The notes under the pieces were generated by a model. It ran no database searches. It was not told the origin of the DNA and worked only from the letters and a program-made list of their open reading frames with translations. From Candidatus Marinacidobacterales bacterium (GTDB lineage: Bacteria > Acidobacteriota > Vicinamibacteria > Marinacidobacterales > DATDRI01): a DNA stretch of 64,000 nt. The translations under genes and the position numbers were made by a program. The stretch covers positions 1,664,001-1,728,000 of the forward strand of contig OZ244742.1 of the NCBI GenBank assembly GCA_965219415.1, read 5' to 3'. Shown in pieces: positions 1 to 11,783 of this stretch (the stretch's first letter is position 1; every line of letters starts with the position of its first letter).

Positions 1-736
1 GGAGCAAGCGACGACGCCCGAGATGGCGGAACGCATATTCGCAGACGTAGCCGAGGCCTGCCGAGAGATCGGTTGTACGCCGGTGGGAGGTCACACCGAG
101 ATCACGTCGGGTGTCGATAAACCCATCCTGTCCGGCACCATGGTCGGAGAGGTCGAGCGAGACCGCCTCGTAACATCGTCTGGTGCGCAAAAGGGCGACA
201 TGTTGATCTTGACGAAAGGGATCGCCATCGAAGCAACCGCAATCCTGGCGCGGGAAAAGTCTGATGAGATAGTCGGGTCGCTGGGAGCGGACTTCCTCAA
301 GAAGTCGGTAGCGTTTCTCGAAGTTCCTGGTTTGTCGGTGCTCCCGGCAGCTCGTGCCGCTTGCTCGGTCCCCGGTGTCCACGCGATGCACGACCCGACG
401 GAAGGTGGGATCGCGAACGCCCTCTGGGAACTGGCCGAAGCGTCGGAAGTGGGACTGATCGTCAGCGAGACCGAGATCCCTCGCTACTGGGAGTCCACCG
501 AGCTTGCAAAACTCTTTGGCATCGATCTGCTCGGCGCCATCGCATCGGGTGCGCTGTTGCTGACAACCGAGGAAAAGAAGACCCCGGCCGTATTGCAGAG
601 CCTTAAAGACGCCGGGGTCGAGGCCAACGTCATCGGCCGCGTGACTGAACGGGAGAAGGGTATCAAGCTCTTGCGAGGTGACCGCCCGGTCAATCTCCCC
701 CGATTCGACGCCGACGAGCTCACTCGGGTCCTTTAG
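1..736 (+). CDS. AIR synthase-related (HypE/PurM-like) family protein, 5' truncated by window edge
   Basis: Motifs VGGHTE, GDMLILTKG, AMHDPTEGG and VIGRVT; the frame is open back to the window start. Confidence 0.8.
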   Translation, partial: EQATTPEMAERIFADVAEACREIGCTPVGGHTEITSGVDKPILSGTMVGEVERDRLVTSSGAQKGDMLILTKGIAIEATAILAREKSDEIVGSLGADFLKKSVAFLEVPGLSVLPAARAACSVPGVHAMHDPTEGGIANALWELAEASEVGLIVSETEIPRYWESTELAKLFGIDLLGAIASGALLLTTEEKKTPAVLQSLKDAGVEANVIGRVTEREKGIKLLRGDRPVNLPRFDADELTRVL

Positions 737-787
737 ACATCTTGGTCTATAATGGGGGTATCCCCGTGGATCTTTAGGAGAGCCTTT

Positions 788-1802
788 ATGAACCGGAGCG
801 TCACCCGACTCCTCGCGATGCTGCTCGTCATCCTCGTTCCTCTAGCCGCAGTAGCCTTAAAGAGGAGAAGGTCGAGGGCTATGCGGAGTGGCAAAAAGGC
901 AATCTGATCATCGTAGACGGCCAGCGAGTCCGGCCGGCTCAAAGGGTCAAGTACAAGAAAATCGCAAGCCTCTACGACATTCATCTGGGTTGGGAAGTCA
1001 AAGCCAAGGGGGACGCGGGCCGCGGACGGCACTCTCGTCGCACGGGAAATCGAAGCTAAGCCCAATGGAAACGCCATGTTCGAGTCGCAGGTCTTGGGGG
1101 CCACCAACGAGGTCGAGCAAGCCTGGGTCAAAGAAGGCAAGATATTTGAGCCCGGTCTGGGTGGAAAAAACAAGACCATTGGGGAACTCTCAGAGTCCGG
1201 ACCGCGCGTCGATCGAGTTCGCGAGATCACGACGCGTCTCACGCCGCCCTACATTTCCTCGGACTCGGTTCGGGTGCGGGTAGTCGAGACCGACGAGTGG
1301 AACGCCGCAGCCATGGGCAACGGAGCGATCTGGGTCTACAGCGGCTTGATCGATGCCATGAGCGATGACGAGCTTGCCATCGTGCTCGGGCACGAGTTGG
1401 CGCACTATACGCACGAACATTCCCGACGTAATGCCAAGCGAAGGGATGTGGACTCAAATGTTGGCGGTCGGGGCGATGGCCAGCAGCCGGGCCATCGACA
1501 GCGGCGCCACACGTTCCGCGGTGGAGCTAGGCTCGGTGCTCGGCCTCTCCGCCTTCGGAGTCGGCTACAGCCGCGACCTCGAGGATCAAGCCGATCGAGT
1601 GGGACTTCGCTACGTTCACGAAGCGGGCTACGACGTCCATCAAGGCCCGACTCTGTGGGCGAAGTTCCGGGAAAAGTATGGCGAGAGTGACTCGGTCAAG
1701 AACTTCTTCTTTGGGAGCCATTCCCGACCCACCGATCGCATCCGCAACATCGATAAAGAGCTCGCCATCAACTGCGGCCCTCGAAACGCTACGGAACGTT
1801 AG
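788..1802 (+). CDS. Secreted M48 family zinc metallopeptidase with N-terminal beta domain; split by about 3 frameshifts
   Basis: SD AGGAG before ATG 788; signal peptide MNRSVTRLLAMLLVILVPLAAVA; WNAAAMGNG, LGHELAH (HExxH), YSRDLEDQAD and SHSRP across frames. Confidence 0.75.
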
Positions 1803-3330
1803 TCGCACCCGGCTGGCCGTTCGCTCGGGCTCCGGCGATGAAAGCCGTCACATCGGCCTTCAACTTCTCGAGTGATTCCTTTTGGATGTACATCATGTGG
1901 CCCGCTGCGTATTCTCCCGTCGAGATGTTGGCCCCGTGATGAGGGATGAAGCTCCAGATGACTAAGCGTTGTACTCGGTCGCGAAGTAGGGCGTAGCCAT
2001 GTCGTAGTAGCCGGAGGCCACGAAGACCTTCATATAAGGATTCTTTGCCATCGCGCTCCGTAACGCTTCACTGGTGTCGGGAAAGCCGCCCACCGCCGAT
2101 CCCCACTCCCATTCATCGAAACCCCCACCGAGGATGTAATAGGGTCGGTCGTTCTCGTACCCCAGCTCCTGACGCACATAGTCGTTGAACGCCGCGGTGT
2201 AGGGCGGTCGAATCGCGGCCATGCTGGGGTCGAAGTCGGGCCGTTCCGCGGCCGCACTGGTATCGACTCCCTTGAACCGACTGTCGAGTCTTCCCACGGT
2301 GCGGTTCTCGCTTCGCAGTAGCTCCTTTCGAAATCGACTCGGCTCGATACGAAGATTGGTACTCTCGATGTAGTCCTCGCCAAGGCCGGTGAATCGAAGA
2401 GAGAATGCCCGCAATGCGAGCGCGTTCGTCCGGCGACAGGAAATCTCCTTGGGCGAGCGCGCCCCAATAGTCGTTCCACGCCCACGCTTCCACTTCGTCG
2501 AGAGTACCGCGAAGATCGGACTGCAGCTCCGATCCGAGTTTTTTGTGATACCAAGCGGTGGCGGTGTAAGTCGGCAAGTACAGCAAGTAGGGAAGATCGT
2601 TCCCCTTGGCAAAGAGTGCGGTCTGAAAGTTGAGAATAGAAGAAACGAGAATCACACCGTTGAAGGCGATGCCACGATCGACGAGGTGGCCGGTCAGCCC
2701 CGCGGCACGCGTCGTACCGTAGCTCTCCCCAACCAAGAACAGCGGCGAGGTCCACCGTTCGTAGCGAGTCAGATAGAGCCGGATAAACTCCCCGACCGAC
2801 CGAATGTCCCCTTCTACTCCCCAGAATTTCTCTCCCTCTTCTTCGAGCGCACGACTGAAGCCGGTCCCTACCGGATCGATGAACACCATGTCCGTCAGAT
2901 CCAGCCAAGACTGCTCGTTGTCGACCAAGCGGTATGGAGGGCTCGGCATGCCACCCTCCTCCAGCATTTCGACCCGGCGGGGCCCCAGAGCACCCAAGTG
3001 CAGCCACACCGAAGAAGATCCCGGTCCACCGTTGAAGGAGAAAGTCAGTGGCCGCTCCCTGCGGTCGTCCGCTCGGTCGGCGACGTACGCCATGAAGAAG
3101 ATGTGGGCCTGGTCCTCCTCGTTTTTCTCGTCCTTCACAGGGAGCATTCCGGTGGTCACCGAGTACTTGAGCGCCCTCCCTGAGATCGTAGCCTCATGGC
3201 TCGTTACGACCGGCTCGGCAATCTCGGTCTCGGGCCTCGACTCGGTCTCTTGCGGAGCCTCGTTCTGAGACGCCGAGGCGTTCCCTGCGATGAGACCGAA
3301 GAACAGGATCGATAGACACGGCATACGCAT
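1789..3330 (-). CDS. Secreted S10 family serine carboxypeptidase, frameshifted
   Basis: FNGGPGSSS, FIDPVGTGFS, LVGESYG, GYYDMATPY and C-terminal AGHMMY in successive frames; signal peptide. Confidence 0.85.
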
Positions 3331-3405
3331 AAGGTGCTCCCCTCCCTTCACTTACAGATTTGTTTGCTTCGCAACCCTTCCTACCGGAAAATCGTCATAA
3401 TAGAT

Positions 3406-6033
3406 ATGTACCGCTCGGCCTTAGTGCTGCTCGCGGCACTCACCACCTATCCTTTACATGCCGGTGAGACCCTTCAGCGGAAGAGCTATACCGCCACGCG
3501 GATCGAGGCCGAAGAAGCCCCCGTCATCGACGGTGTCCTGGACGACACCTGTTGGAAAGACGGCGACTGGGGGGCTGGCTTCCTCCAGCGAAAACCCTAC
3601 GAGGGCGAAGCGCCCAGCCAAGTCACCCGATTCCGGATCGCCTACGACGAACGTAACCTCTACGTCGCGATTCGCGCCGACGACAGCGAGCCCGATCTCA
3701 TCGAGAAGCGCATCACCAGACGAGACACCCAAGAGGGCGACCGGGTCACCATCTACCTCGACAGCTACTTTGATCGCCGTACCGCTTTTGCCTTCACCAT
3801 CAGCAGTGCCGGCGTCAAGAGCGACGTGCTGATTTCGGAAGACGGAGACAACGAAGATCCCAATTGGGATGCGGTATGGCATGCCGAGGTTGCGAGCGAT
3901 CACGAGGGTTGGGCTGCAGAGATGGCGATTCCATTCAGCCAGCTCCGGTTCGGCGACACGGAACAGAAGACTTGGGGCATTCAAGTGAGACGCTTCTTGC
4001 ATCGCAAGGAAGAGGTTTCCGGGTGGCAGCTCATTCCTAACGACGCGCCGGGCTTCGTCAACTGGTTCGGCGACCTCCACGGACTAGACGCCGTCCAGCC
4101 CCGCCGTCAGATTGAGCTCATACCGTACGCGGTCGCCAAGACCGAACGCTTCGAGCCCGAGGCCGGCAACCCCTTCGCCACTGGGAGCGCGAGCGAGGTG
4201 ACGATGGGATTGGACGGAAGAATGGGAGTCACCAGTGATCTGACGTTGACCTTCACCGTCAATCCGGACTTCGGTCAGGTAGAGGCCGACCCCTCCGAGG
4301 TCAACCTCACAACATCGGAGACGTTCTTCGAGGAGAGGCGGCCCTTTTTCATCGAGGGAAGAAACATCTTGGACTTCCAGGTCACCGGCGGCGATGGCGG
4401 CTTCTCACGAGACAATCTTTTCTACTCTCGGAGAATCGGACGGCCACCTCAGTACGAGCCCGAGTTCTTGGACGACGAGTACGGGACTTCCCCGTTCAAC
4501 ACTTCGATCATCGGCGCCTTCAAACTGACCGGTAAGACGCGGAACGGCGTTTCCATCGGAATCCTCGACAGCGTCACCGACCGCGAGTACGCGGAGATCG
4601 ACTTCCACGGCGAAAGACGCCGCGAAACAATCGAGCCGCTTACCAACTATTTCTTGGGGCGGGTCCAAAAGGATTTCGATCGAGGGAACACGATCCTCGG
4701 CGGCATATTCACCGCAACCAACCGAAGCCTCGGCGAGAACGACCCGTTGGCCTGGCACAACGCCGCCTATACCGGCGGCGTCGATTTCACACACCAGTGG
4801 AAGGACCGGACGTATTACTTCTCGGCGAAGAGTATCTTCAGCAACGTGCGCGGCGATCCGGAAGTAGTCCTGGAAACACAAGAGTCCCCGGTTCGGTACT
4901 TCCAGCGCCCGGATGCCGAGTACGTTTCGGTGGATCCCACACGGACTTCCCTCTCGGGACACGGCGGTACCGTCCAAGCAGGAAAGGGCGGGAGCGGTCA
5001 CTTCAAGTTCTCGGCTGGCGCGACCTGGCGCTCCCCGGGGCTCGAGCTCAACGACGTGGGGTTTCTCCGCCAAGCGGACGAAATCATGCATCGGTTACCA
5101 AGTCTGGAAGCCTTTCTCTATATTCCGGGACCTCCGTTTGGGTCTGAACCAATGGAAAGGATGGGACTTCGGGTGGACGAAACACCTTCGACGGCGGAAA
5201 CGTGCACGGCAATGCTCAGCTCAAGAACTACTGGGGGTTCGGCGCCGGGATCACCCGCGAGGGCGAGACGCTATCCTCGAACTCACTCCGCGGCGGGCCC
5301 TCGTTACGCGAGCCGGGCGGTTGGGGAAACTGGTTCAACATTCGCTCCGACGAGCGGAAGAAGCTGCAGTTCAACTTCGGCGGCTGGAACTTCTGGGGCG
5401 ACGAAAGCGCCCGAAGAACAAAGAACCTCTTCGTTGGAAGTACGTATCGTCCAAGCAACTCGCTGTCCATTTCAGTCGAACCCTTCGTGCAGCGTAATCA
5501 ACAGGAGCTTCAGTACGTCGATACGCAAAACTTTGGTGCGGAGCAGCGCTATATCTTCGGTAGCCTCGACCAGACGACCGTCGGCATTACGATTCGCCTG
5601 AACTACAGCATTACCCCGGACCTTTCTGTGCAGTACTACGGACAACCGTTCGTTTCCGCGGGCGATTACACGTCGTTCAAGCACATTACCTCCCCGCAGG
5701 CCGATTTGTTCGACGACCGGTTCAACACCTACTCGGACGCTCAGATCCGCTACGATGCCGAGGCCGAAGAATTCCACGTCGACGAGACCGGCAACGGCGC
5801 CACCGACTACAGCTTCTCCGACCCAAACTTTCAACTTCCAGGAGTTCCGCTCCAATCTCGTCATCCGCTGGGAGTACAACCCGGGCTCGACGCTCTTCGT
5901 CGTTTGGTCGCAAGAGCGCGGTGGCGAAGGTATTCCCGGCGAATTCGCCTTTCGCGACGACTTGCGCGGCTTGTTCCGCGAACACCCGCACAACGTGTTC
6001 CTCGTCAAGCTCAGCTACCGATTCCTTCGCTGA
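3406..6033 (+). CDS. CBM9-like plus DUF5916 outer-membrane protein, frameshifted at about 5090, 5190 and 5830
   Basis: PVIDGVLDD, EMAIPFSQLRF, TVNPDFGQVEADP, FYSRRIG and C-terminal SNLVIRWEYNPGSTLFVVW...VKLSYRF. Confidence 0.8.
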
Positions 6034-6082
6034 CCGCCTGCCTTGTGCTGGGCTCGTCTTCGAGTGAAGATAGAGCGCCCGC

Positions 6083-7480
6083 ATGGAAATCAAGAGCGTC
6101 TTCGAGCTCCAACGATCCAACCGGCGACGGCTCAGAGCGTCGACGGTCGGGGAGCGAATCGAAAAGCTCAACCACCTCCATCGAGCAATCGAGAGCCGCT
6201 CCCAAGAGCTCGTGCAAGCGGTTCGCGAGGATCTGCGAAAACCTGAGCCGGAAGTCCAGCTCAGTGAAATCTATCCCGTCGTTACTGAAATCAAGCACGC
6301 GCGAAGCCACCTTGCCGATTGGGTAAAGCCGGTCTCGGTTCCCTCTCCTCTCGTGCTCTTCGGTGCGCGGAGCGAGGTCCGTTACGAACCGAAAGGGGTC
6401 GTCCTCATCATTGCCCCCTGGAACTTCCCGTTTCAGTTGTCGCTGTCGCCTCTCGTCTCCGCGATCGCGGCTGGAAACGCAGCCATCGTCAAGCCGTCGG
6501 ACCTCGCCCCACGAACCACCGCCTTCACCCGTAGTCTCCTCGGAGAACTGTTCGACAAAAACGAAGTAGCGGTGGTCGAGGGCGATGCCGACGTCGCCCG
6601 GTCACTCACCGAGCAGGCGTTCGACCACATCTTCTTCACCGGCAGCCCGGGAGTCGGTCGCCAGGTCATGGCTGCCGCGGCCGCCAATCTCACCTCGGTG
6701 ACTTTGGAGCTCGGCGGGAAATCCCCGGTGATCGTCGACCCTTCGGCAGACCTCGCAGAGGCCGCGACCAAGATCGTTTGGGGGAAATGTATCAACGCCG
6801 GCCAAAGCTGCGTGGCCCCGGACTATGTGCTCGTTCCAAAACACCACCAGGCCCGCTTCATCGAACTAACCCGGAAGGCGCTAGAAGAAAGGTACGGACC
6901 GGGGGAACGGCTGGCGGACAACCCCGACTATGGGCGGACCATCAATAAGCATCACTTTCGACGCCTCGAGAACCTGGTGGGTTCCGCGCTGAAACGTGGT
7001 GCCCGCATCGAGGTGGGAGGGACTTTCCGGGAGGAGGATCTCTTTATCCCGCCCACGTTCTTGAGCGGCGTGCTGCCGGACTCGGAGATCATGCAGGAGG
7101 AGATCTTCGGCCCGGTACTGCCGATTCTCTCCTACGAGACCCGTGAGGATGCGATTGCCCTCGTCACCACGCGGCCGAAACCCCTCGCCCTGTACGTCTT
7201 CGCGAGGGACCGGACTGCGGTCGAGACGATCCTCGGCGAGATCGACTCCGGCGATTCCGTCGTCAACGACGTCCTGGTTCATTATGCGAGTCCCTACCTG
7301 CCCTTCGGAGGCGTCCATCACAGCGGCATGGGGAAGACACACGGCTTCTCTGGTTTCAAGGCTTTCTCCCATGAACGGGCGGTTCTGCACCAGAGGAAAA
7401 GGACCCTCCCCCGGCTCTTGTATCCTCCTTATACGCCGTTAGTAAGAAGGCTTATTCGATTTACCCTTCGCTTCCTCTAG
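6083..7480 (+). CDS. Aldehyde dehydrogenase (ALDH3/coniferyl aldehyde type)
   Basis: PWNFP, FTGS, LELGGKSP, NAGQSCVAPDY, EEIFGP, LPFGGV. Confidence 0.92.
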   Translation: MEIKSVFELQRSNRRRLRASTVGERIEKLNHLHRAIESRSQELVQAVREDLRKPEPEVQLSEIYPVVTEIKHARSHLADWVKPVSVPSPLVLFGARSEVRYEPKGVVLIIAPWNFPFQLSLSPLVSAIAAGNAAIVKPSDLAPRTTAFTRSLLGELFDKNEVAVVEGDADVARSLTEQAFDHIFFTGSPGVGRQVMAAAAANLTSVTLELGGKSPVIVDPSADLAEAATKIVWGKCINAGQSCVAPDYVLVPKHHQARFIELTRKALEERYGPGERLADNPDYGRTINKHHFRRLENLVGSALKRGARIEVGGTFREEDLFIPPTFLSGVLPDSEIMQEEIFGPVLPILSYETREDAIALVTTRPKPLALYVFARDRTAVETILGEIDSGDSVVNDVLVHYASPYLPFGGVHHSGMGKTHGFSGFKAFSHERAVLHQRKRTLPRLLYPPYTPLVRRLIRFTLRFL

Positions 7481-7528
7481 TTTTGTGACAAAATAGTAGG
7501 ATCGCGGATTTTACCGAGGATTTTTCCA

Positions 7529-8185
7529 ATGGGTGTAGTGCGTTTCAAAGATAAAGACCAAGAGGTGGCGGTCGGCAAGATCGTTTGTATGGGACAAAAC
7601 TACGCTAAACACATCGAAGAGTTGAAGACGCGCGTCCCGGACAAGCCGATGCTCTTCTTCAAGCCTTCCACCGCCTTGCTGAGTCCCGGGGAGCCGATCC
7701 CACTGCCGGATTTTTCCAAAAATATTCACTACGAGACCGAGCTGGTAGCGTTGATCGGCAAGCCGACGCGCCACGTCCCCTCGGCGGAAGCGCTTCAATT
7801 CGTAAGTGGCTACGCGATCGGCCTCGACCTGACCGCGCGCGACGTACAAGTCAAAGCCCGTCAGCACGGGGAAGCCTGGGCGGTGCCGAAGGGTTTCGAC
7901 GGATCGGCTCCTATGTCAGAAATCACTCCCGCCAGCGAGGTCGGAGACCCCGGAGACCTGGAAATCGAGCTTCGATTGAACGGAGAGGTCCGTCAGTCGG
8001 CACGGACTTCGGACATGATCTTCAAGACCGAAGACATCATCTCCTACGCCTCCAGCATTTTTACGCTCGAGCCCGGTGATCTCGTCTTCACCGGCACCCC
8101 ATCCGGAGTCGGCGTCATCCGTTCCGGTGACGAACTGCAAGCTCGGATCGAACGGGTGGGTACCGTCCATTGGAAAGTGAAATAG
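7529..8185 (+). CDS. Fumarylacetoacetate hydrolase family protein
   Basis: KIVCMGQNY, HYETEL, DLTARD, TGTPSGVG. Confidence 0.92.
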   Translation: MGVVRFKDKDQEVAVGKIVCMGQNYAKHIEELKTRVPDKPMLFFKPSTALLSPGEPIPLPDFSKNIHYETELVALIGKPTRHVPSAEALQFVSGYAIGLDLTARDVQVKARQHGEAWAVPKGFDGSAPMSEITPASEVGDPGDLEIELRLNGEVRQSARTSDMIFKTEDIISYASSIFTLEPGDLVFTGTPSGVGVIRSGDELQARIERVGTVHWKVK

Positions 8186-9462
8186 TGGTCGAAAGACGGT
8201 TGACGGCCTTGGAAGGAACGCAGGTCGAACGCCTGGAGCTTCTGCTCTCGGTCGCACGGGACCTTACATCGATCCTGGATCTCGATCGGCTCCTCAACCG
8301 CGTCGGAAACTTGCTTCAGGAAGTCATCCCGTACGAACATTTCAGCATCTTCCTCTATGACACGGAGAACCAGGAGTTGGTCTGGAGAGTCGGGATCGGC
8401 TACTCGGAAGAGTCGCGCCGATGGCTCCAGCGTTTCTCGGTCAACAAGGGACTGGTAGGAAGGGCGGTGCGTACGCTTTCGCCGGTTCTCTCGAACGACG
8501 TCTCGCTCGAACCTGACTTCCTCCCCGCCAAGACCGACCGCGGCGAAGTGCCCCGCTCTGCCCTATCAATCCCTCTCATACATCAAGGCGAAGCGGTGGG
8601 GGCGATGACTCTCGAGAGCACTCGACGCTGTGATTTCAACGAGGAGCATGAGCAAGTCTTGACCGCCATCGGAAACATCTTGGCGATCGCCATCGCCAAC
8701 GCGGGACTCTACGAAGAACTCCTCTCCCGAGAAAGGAAGCTCGAGAACGACCTTCAGCTGGCGCGCCAGGTGCAGCTCAGTATGTTACCGGATGAGCCCC
8801 CCGCGGTACCGGGATTCGAGCTCGGAACCGCCTACCTTCCCGCAGAAAGCCTAGGTGGTGATTTCTACGACTTTCCACGTCTCGCCTCGGATAAGCATGG
8901 GCTCCTCATCGCGGATGTTTCCGGTAAGGGCGTTGGAGCGGCAATGATCATGGCGGCCTCGCGCGGCGCGATCCGCTCCGCGGCGCAACATGACGAGCAG
9001 CCCGCAGCCGTATTACATGCCGCCAATCGTCGACTCTACCGGGACATCAAGCGGAACGTTTACGTGACCGCTTGTTACGGTGTCCTCGATCCCGCGAGCG
9101 GCCGCTTCACCTACGCCTCGGCGGGGCACTTTCCACCCGTCATCGTCCGGCAGAACGGGGAGGTCTCCTACCTGAACGCCGGGGGCACGGTTCTCGGCAT
9201 GTTCGACGGCACCGGATTCGAACAAGAGACCATCGAGCTCCGCTCCGGAGATCTGATTTGCTTCTACACCGACGGCATCGTGGACGCCTTCGACCGCAAC
9301 GAAGAAATCTACGGTGAGGACCGCCTCGAGAAATTGCTCTTGTCAACCCATCGGCTCCCGGCGGCGGAGATTTCCCGCTTGCTCGTTGATTCGGTCCAAG
9401 AGTTCGCTAGCGGGCGGGCGCAGCACGACGACATGACTGTCATCCTGTTGAAATCGGTATAG
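8185..9462 (+). CDS. GAF plus SpoIIE (PP2C, RsbU-like) serine phosphatase
   Basis: N-terminal GAF; GGDFYD, ADVSGKG, AGHFPP, YTDGI, DDMT; probable GTG start at 8185. Confidence 0.9.
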   Translation: MVERRLTALEGTQVERLELLLSVARDLTSILDLDRLLNRVGNLLQEVIPYEHFSIFLYDTENQELVWRVGIGYSEESRRWLQRFSVNKGLVGRAVRTLSPVLSNDVSLEPDFLPAKTDRGEVPRSALSIPLIHQGEAVGAMTLESTRRCDFNEEHEQVLTAIGNILAIAIANAGLYEELLSRERKLENDLQLARQVQLSMLPDEPPAVPGFELGTAYLPAESLGGDFYDFPRLASDKHGLLIADVSGKGVGAAMIMAASRGAIRSAAQHDEQPAAVLHAANRRLYRDIKRNVYVTACYGVLDPASGRFTYASAGHFPPVIVRQNGEVSYLNAGGTVLGMFDGTGFEQETIELRSGDLICFYTDGIVDAFDRNEEIYGEDRLEKLLLSTHRLPAAEISRLLVDSVQEFASGRAQHDDMTVILLKSV

Positions 9463-9472
9463 GATCCAGCCG

Positions 9473-10975
9473 ATGCGCTGGTGGCCAGCCGTACTGATTC
9501 TCGTCGGCGCTTTCGTTGCCCTCGTCTTCATCTGGAGCAGCGACGCTCCGGTCCGGCAGATACAAGTCGTCAACACCGGCCTCACTTTGATTTTGTTCAC
9601 CGGGCTACTCCTGCTGTGGCTCACCTTCTTCTCGAAGCTCCCCTGGAAGAAACGCCTCCAGGGTTGGGGCATCGTGATCTTGATGGTCACGTTATCTTTT
9701 CTTACATTCCGCTTTCGAGGCGTGAGCGGCGATCTCGTTCCCATCCTCGAGCCACGGTGGGCTGGAGCCGGCGAAGGGGTTACCGGCGATAGTCTCGACG
9801 AGCTGGCCTCGGCTTACGATTACCCGCAATTTCTTGGCCCTTCCCGAAATGCGACCGTACAGGGCGTGCACCTTGAAACCGATTGGACTACACATCCACC
9901 GAAACTGATCTGGCGTCGCCCCGTCGGAGCCGGCTGGTCGAGCTTTGCGGTCTCTGGCGATGCGGCCGTGACCCAAGAACAGCGTGGGGAACAGGAAATC
10001 GTCGTTCGTTACGATTTCCGAACCGGCGAGGAGGTTTGGGCCACGGGCAATCCCGCACACTACAACAATCCTATCTCCGGCGAAGGCCCGCGGACGACAC
10101 CCGCCATCGTCGCCGATCGCGTCTATACCGTAGGGAGCACCGGTATTCTCAACTGCCTCGACCTCGGGACCGGCGAGCGAATTTGGTCTCGCGATTTCAT
10201 GAAGGACAACGACACCGAGGTCCCCCAATGGGGCGTCGCAGGCTCCCCTCTTGTCGTCGACGACATCGTGATCGTGAGCGCCGGAGGCACGGACGGCAAA
10301 TCGCTGGTCGCGTACGATCGGGAGACTGGCGAGATCGTCTGGCAAGGTGGGAACGACAAAGCCGCCTACAGCTCCCCGTTACTCGCGACCCTCGCCGGCA
10401 TGAGGCAGATTGTCATCTTCAATGGCGCAAGCGTGGCCGGCCACGATCCGGTGGATGGACGAGTGCTTTGGACTCACAAGTGGCCACACCAGCAGTCCAA
10501 CGTGGCGCAACCCGTTCCGGTTTCCAGCGATGGACTCATCGTCTCCGCCGGATACGGCATCGGCGCCAAGCGTTTCAAGATCGAGCCCGGTGCCGACGGC
10601 GGTCTCGGTGCGAGCGTGGTTTGGGAGAACAATCGACTCAAGGCGAAGTTCGCCAACTTCGTCGTGCACGAGGGATTCGTCTACGGACTCGATGACGGGA
10701 TCATGGTGTGCCTGGACGCCGCGACCGGCGAACGCCAGTGGAAGCGAGGCCGCTACGGCCACGGCCAGATGATCCTGGTCGAGGATCTGCTCTTGGTGCA
10801 GACCGAGCACGGTGAGATGGTGCTCGTCGAGCCTAACCCCGGGGAGCTCCGGGAGTTGGGGCGGCTGCGCCTCTTCGATGGGAAGCTTTGGAATAGCCCG
10901 GCGCTCGTCGGCCAATATCTATTGGTCCGCAGTGACCGGGAGGCGGCGCTCTTCGAGCTTCCCTGGAAGAATTAG
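9473..10975 (+). CDS. Membrane-anchored PQQ-like beta-propeller repeat protein
   Basis: 3 N-terminal hydrophobic segments; YPQFLGPSRN, GAGWSS, GPRTTP, AYSSP and CLDAATGERQW repeats. Confidence 0.85.
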   Translation: MRWWPAVLILVGAFVALVFIWSSDAPVRQIQVVNTGLTLILFTGLLLLWLTFFSKLPWKKRLQGWGIVILMVTLSFLTFRFRGVSGDLVPILEPRWAGAGEGVTGDSLDELASAYDYPQFLGPSRNATVQGVHLETDWTTHPPKLIWRRPVGAGWSSFAVSGDAAVTQEQRGEQEIVVRYDFRTGEEVWATGNPAHYNNPISGEGPRTTPAIVADRVYTVGSTGILNCLDLGTGERIWSRDFMKDNDTEVPQWGVAGSPLVVDDIVIVSAGGTDGKSLVAYDRETGEIVWQGGNDKAAYSSPLLATLAGMRQIVIFNGASVAGHDPVDGRVLWTHKWPHQQSNVAQPVPVSSDGLIVSAGYGIGAKRFKIEPGADGGLGASVVWENNRLKAKFANFVVHEGFVYGLDDGIMVCLDAATGERQWKRGRYGHGQMILVEDLLLVQTEHGEMVLVEPNPGELRELGRLRLFDGKLWNSPALVGQYLLVRSDREAALFELPWKN

Positions 10976-10979
10976 ACTC

Positions 10980-11402
10980 TCAACCCCTCTCAATCTGAAT
11001 CACCGCTAGCCCTAGCTGTCTTGCCGCATCGCACTGCCGCATATCAGCGGATATGAATGAGTCACAACCCGTGCGGCGTGCGGTTGCGATGTGAATCGCA
11101 TCCATCGCGCGAAGGGGGGCGGATTCGAGGCAGAATATGGCTTCCTGCAGAACCGTGGGCGAAATTTCGACGAACATAGCTTGACGAAAGTCGGCAATTG
11201 CGTCTTTCTTCAGAGAAGAATATTGCTCGGCGGCTATTGAATCCTCGCGCCGCAGACGGCTAAAAGCAGACACCAACTCCGGTAGGCAAATCACGCTGAC
11301 AACGATTTCAGTGGCCTTCGAGCACTTCTCAAGCACCGCTTCCGTCCCAGGCTCACGAACATACCGCTTGGCCAGGGCCGAGGTGTCGAAATAGCTGCGC
11401 AC
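10980..11402 (-). CDS. vapC: PIN-domain VapC toxin
   Basis: YFDTSALAKRY, LRAMDAIHIATA, FISAD; overlaps the upstream antitoxin stop. Confidence 0.88.
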   Translation of the reverse strand: MRSYFDTSALAKRYVREPGTEAVLEKCSKATEIVVSVICLPELVSAFSRLRREDSIAAEQYSSLKKDAIADFRQAMFVEISPTVLQEAIFCLESAPLRAMDAIHIATARRTGCDSFISADMRQCDAARQLGLAVIQIERG

Positions 11403-11635
11403 TAACGCCCTTCTTCCCTCTCTTCGAGAATAATCCTGCTCAAAGAAACTCCGGAAACTTCGAGAGGGTGAGCACGGGTCCAGCGTTCCCCTTTCCCCGT
11501 TGAGTAGGGTGAAAGTATGGCGACGGGCTTGCCGTTCCTATATACCTCTATGGTTTCTCCCTCCTCGACCGCGTCGAAGTACTTCTTGGCGTTGTTCCTG
11601 AGCTCTGAAAAAGTAACTGGGATCATTATTGACAT
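11402..11635 (-). CDS. Phd/YefM family antitoxin
   Basis: VTFSELRNNAKKYFDAVEEGETIEVYRNGKPVAIL is a Phd signature. Confidence 0.88.
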   Translation of the reverse strand: MSIMIPVTFSELRNNAKKYFDAVEEGETIEVYRNGKPVAILSPYSTGKGERWTRAHPLEVSGVSLSRIILEEREEGR

Positions 11636-11685
11636 TCCCTAGTTAGAGACGAGTTTTCTTCGTTTTTCCCCAGCCATCGTGAATG

Positions 11686-11716
11686 ACATTATAATGTACA
11701 ATACTATGTATTTCAA
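11686..11716 (-). promoter_or_regulatory. Sigma-70 promoter of the phd-vapC operon with overlapping palindromic operator
   Basis: Minus strand TTGAAA (11711-16), 17 bp spacer, TATAAT (11688-93); perfect palindrome ACATTATAATGT at 11686-11697 covers the -10 element. Confidence 0.7.
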
Positions 11717-11783
11717 AATGGAAATCCAAGTCCGAGCGCGGCCGACTTGCGAAAGTGGGGAGCACTGTGTTAAATGTGAAATT

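Noticed and set aside
1-736. AIR-synthase-like gene as selenophosphate synthetase SelD
   Set aside because: The motifs (AMHDPTEGG) fit the HypE-like AIR synthase family rather than SelD (DVTGFGL), and the N-terminus is outside the window
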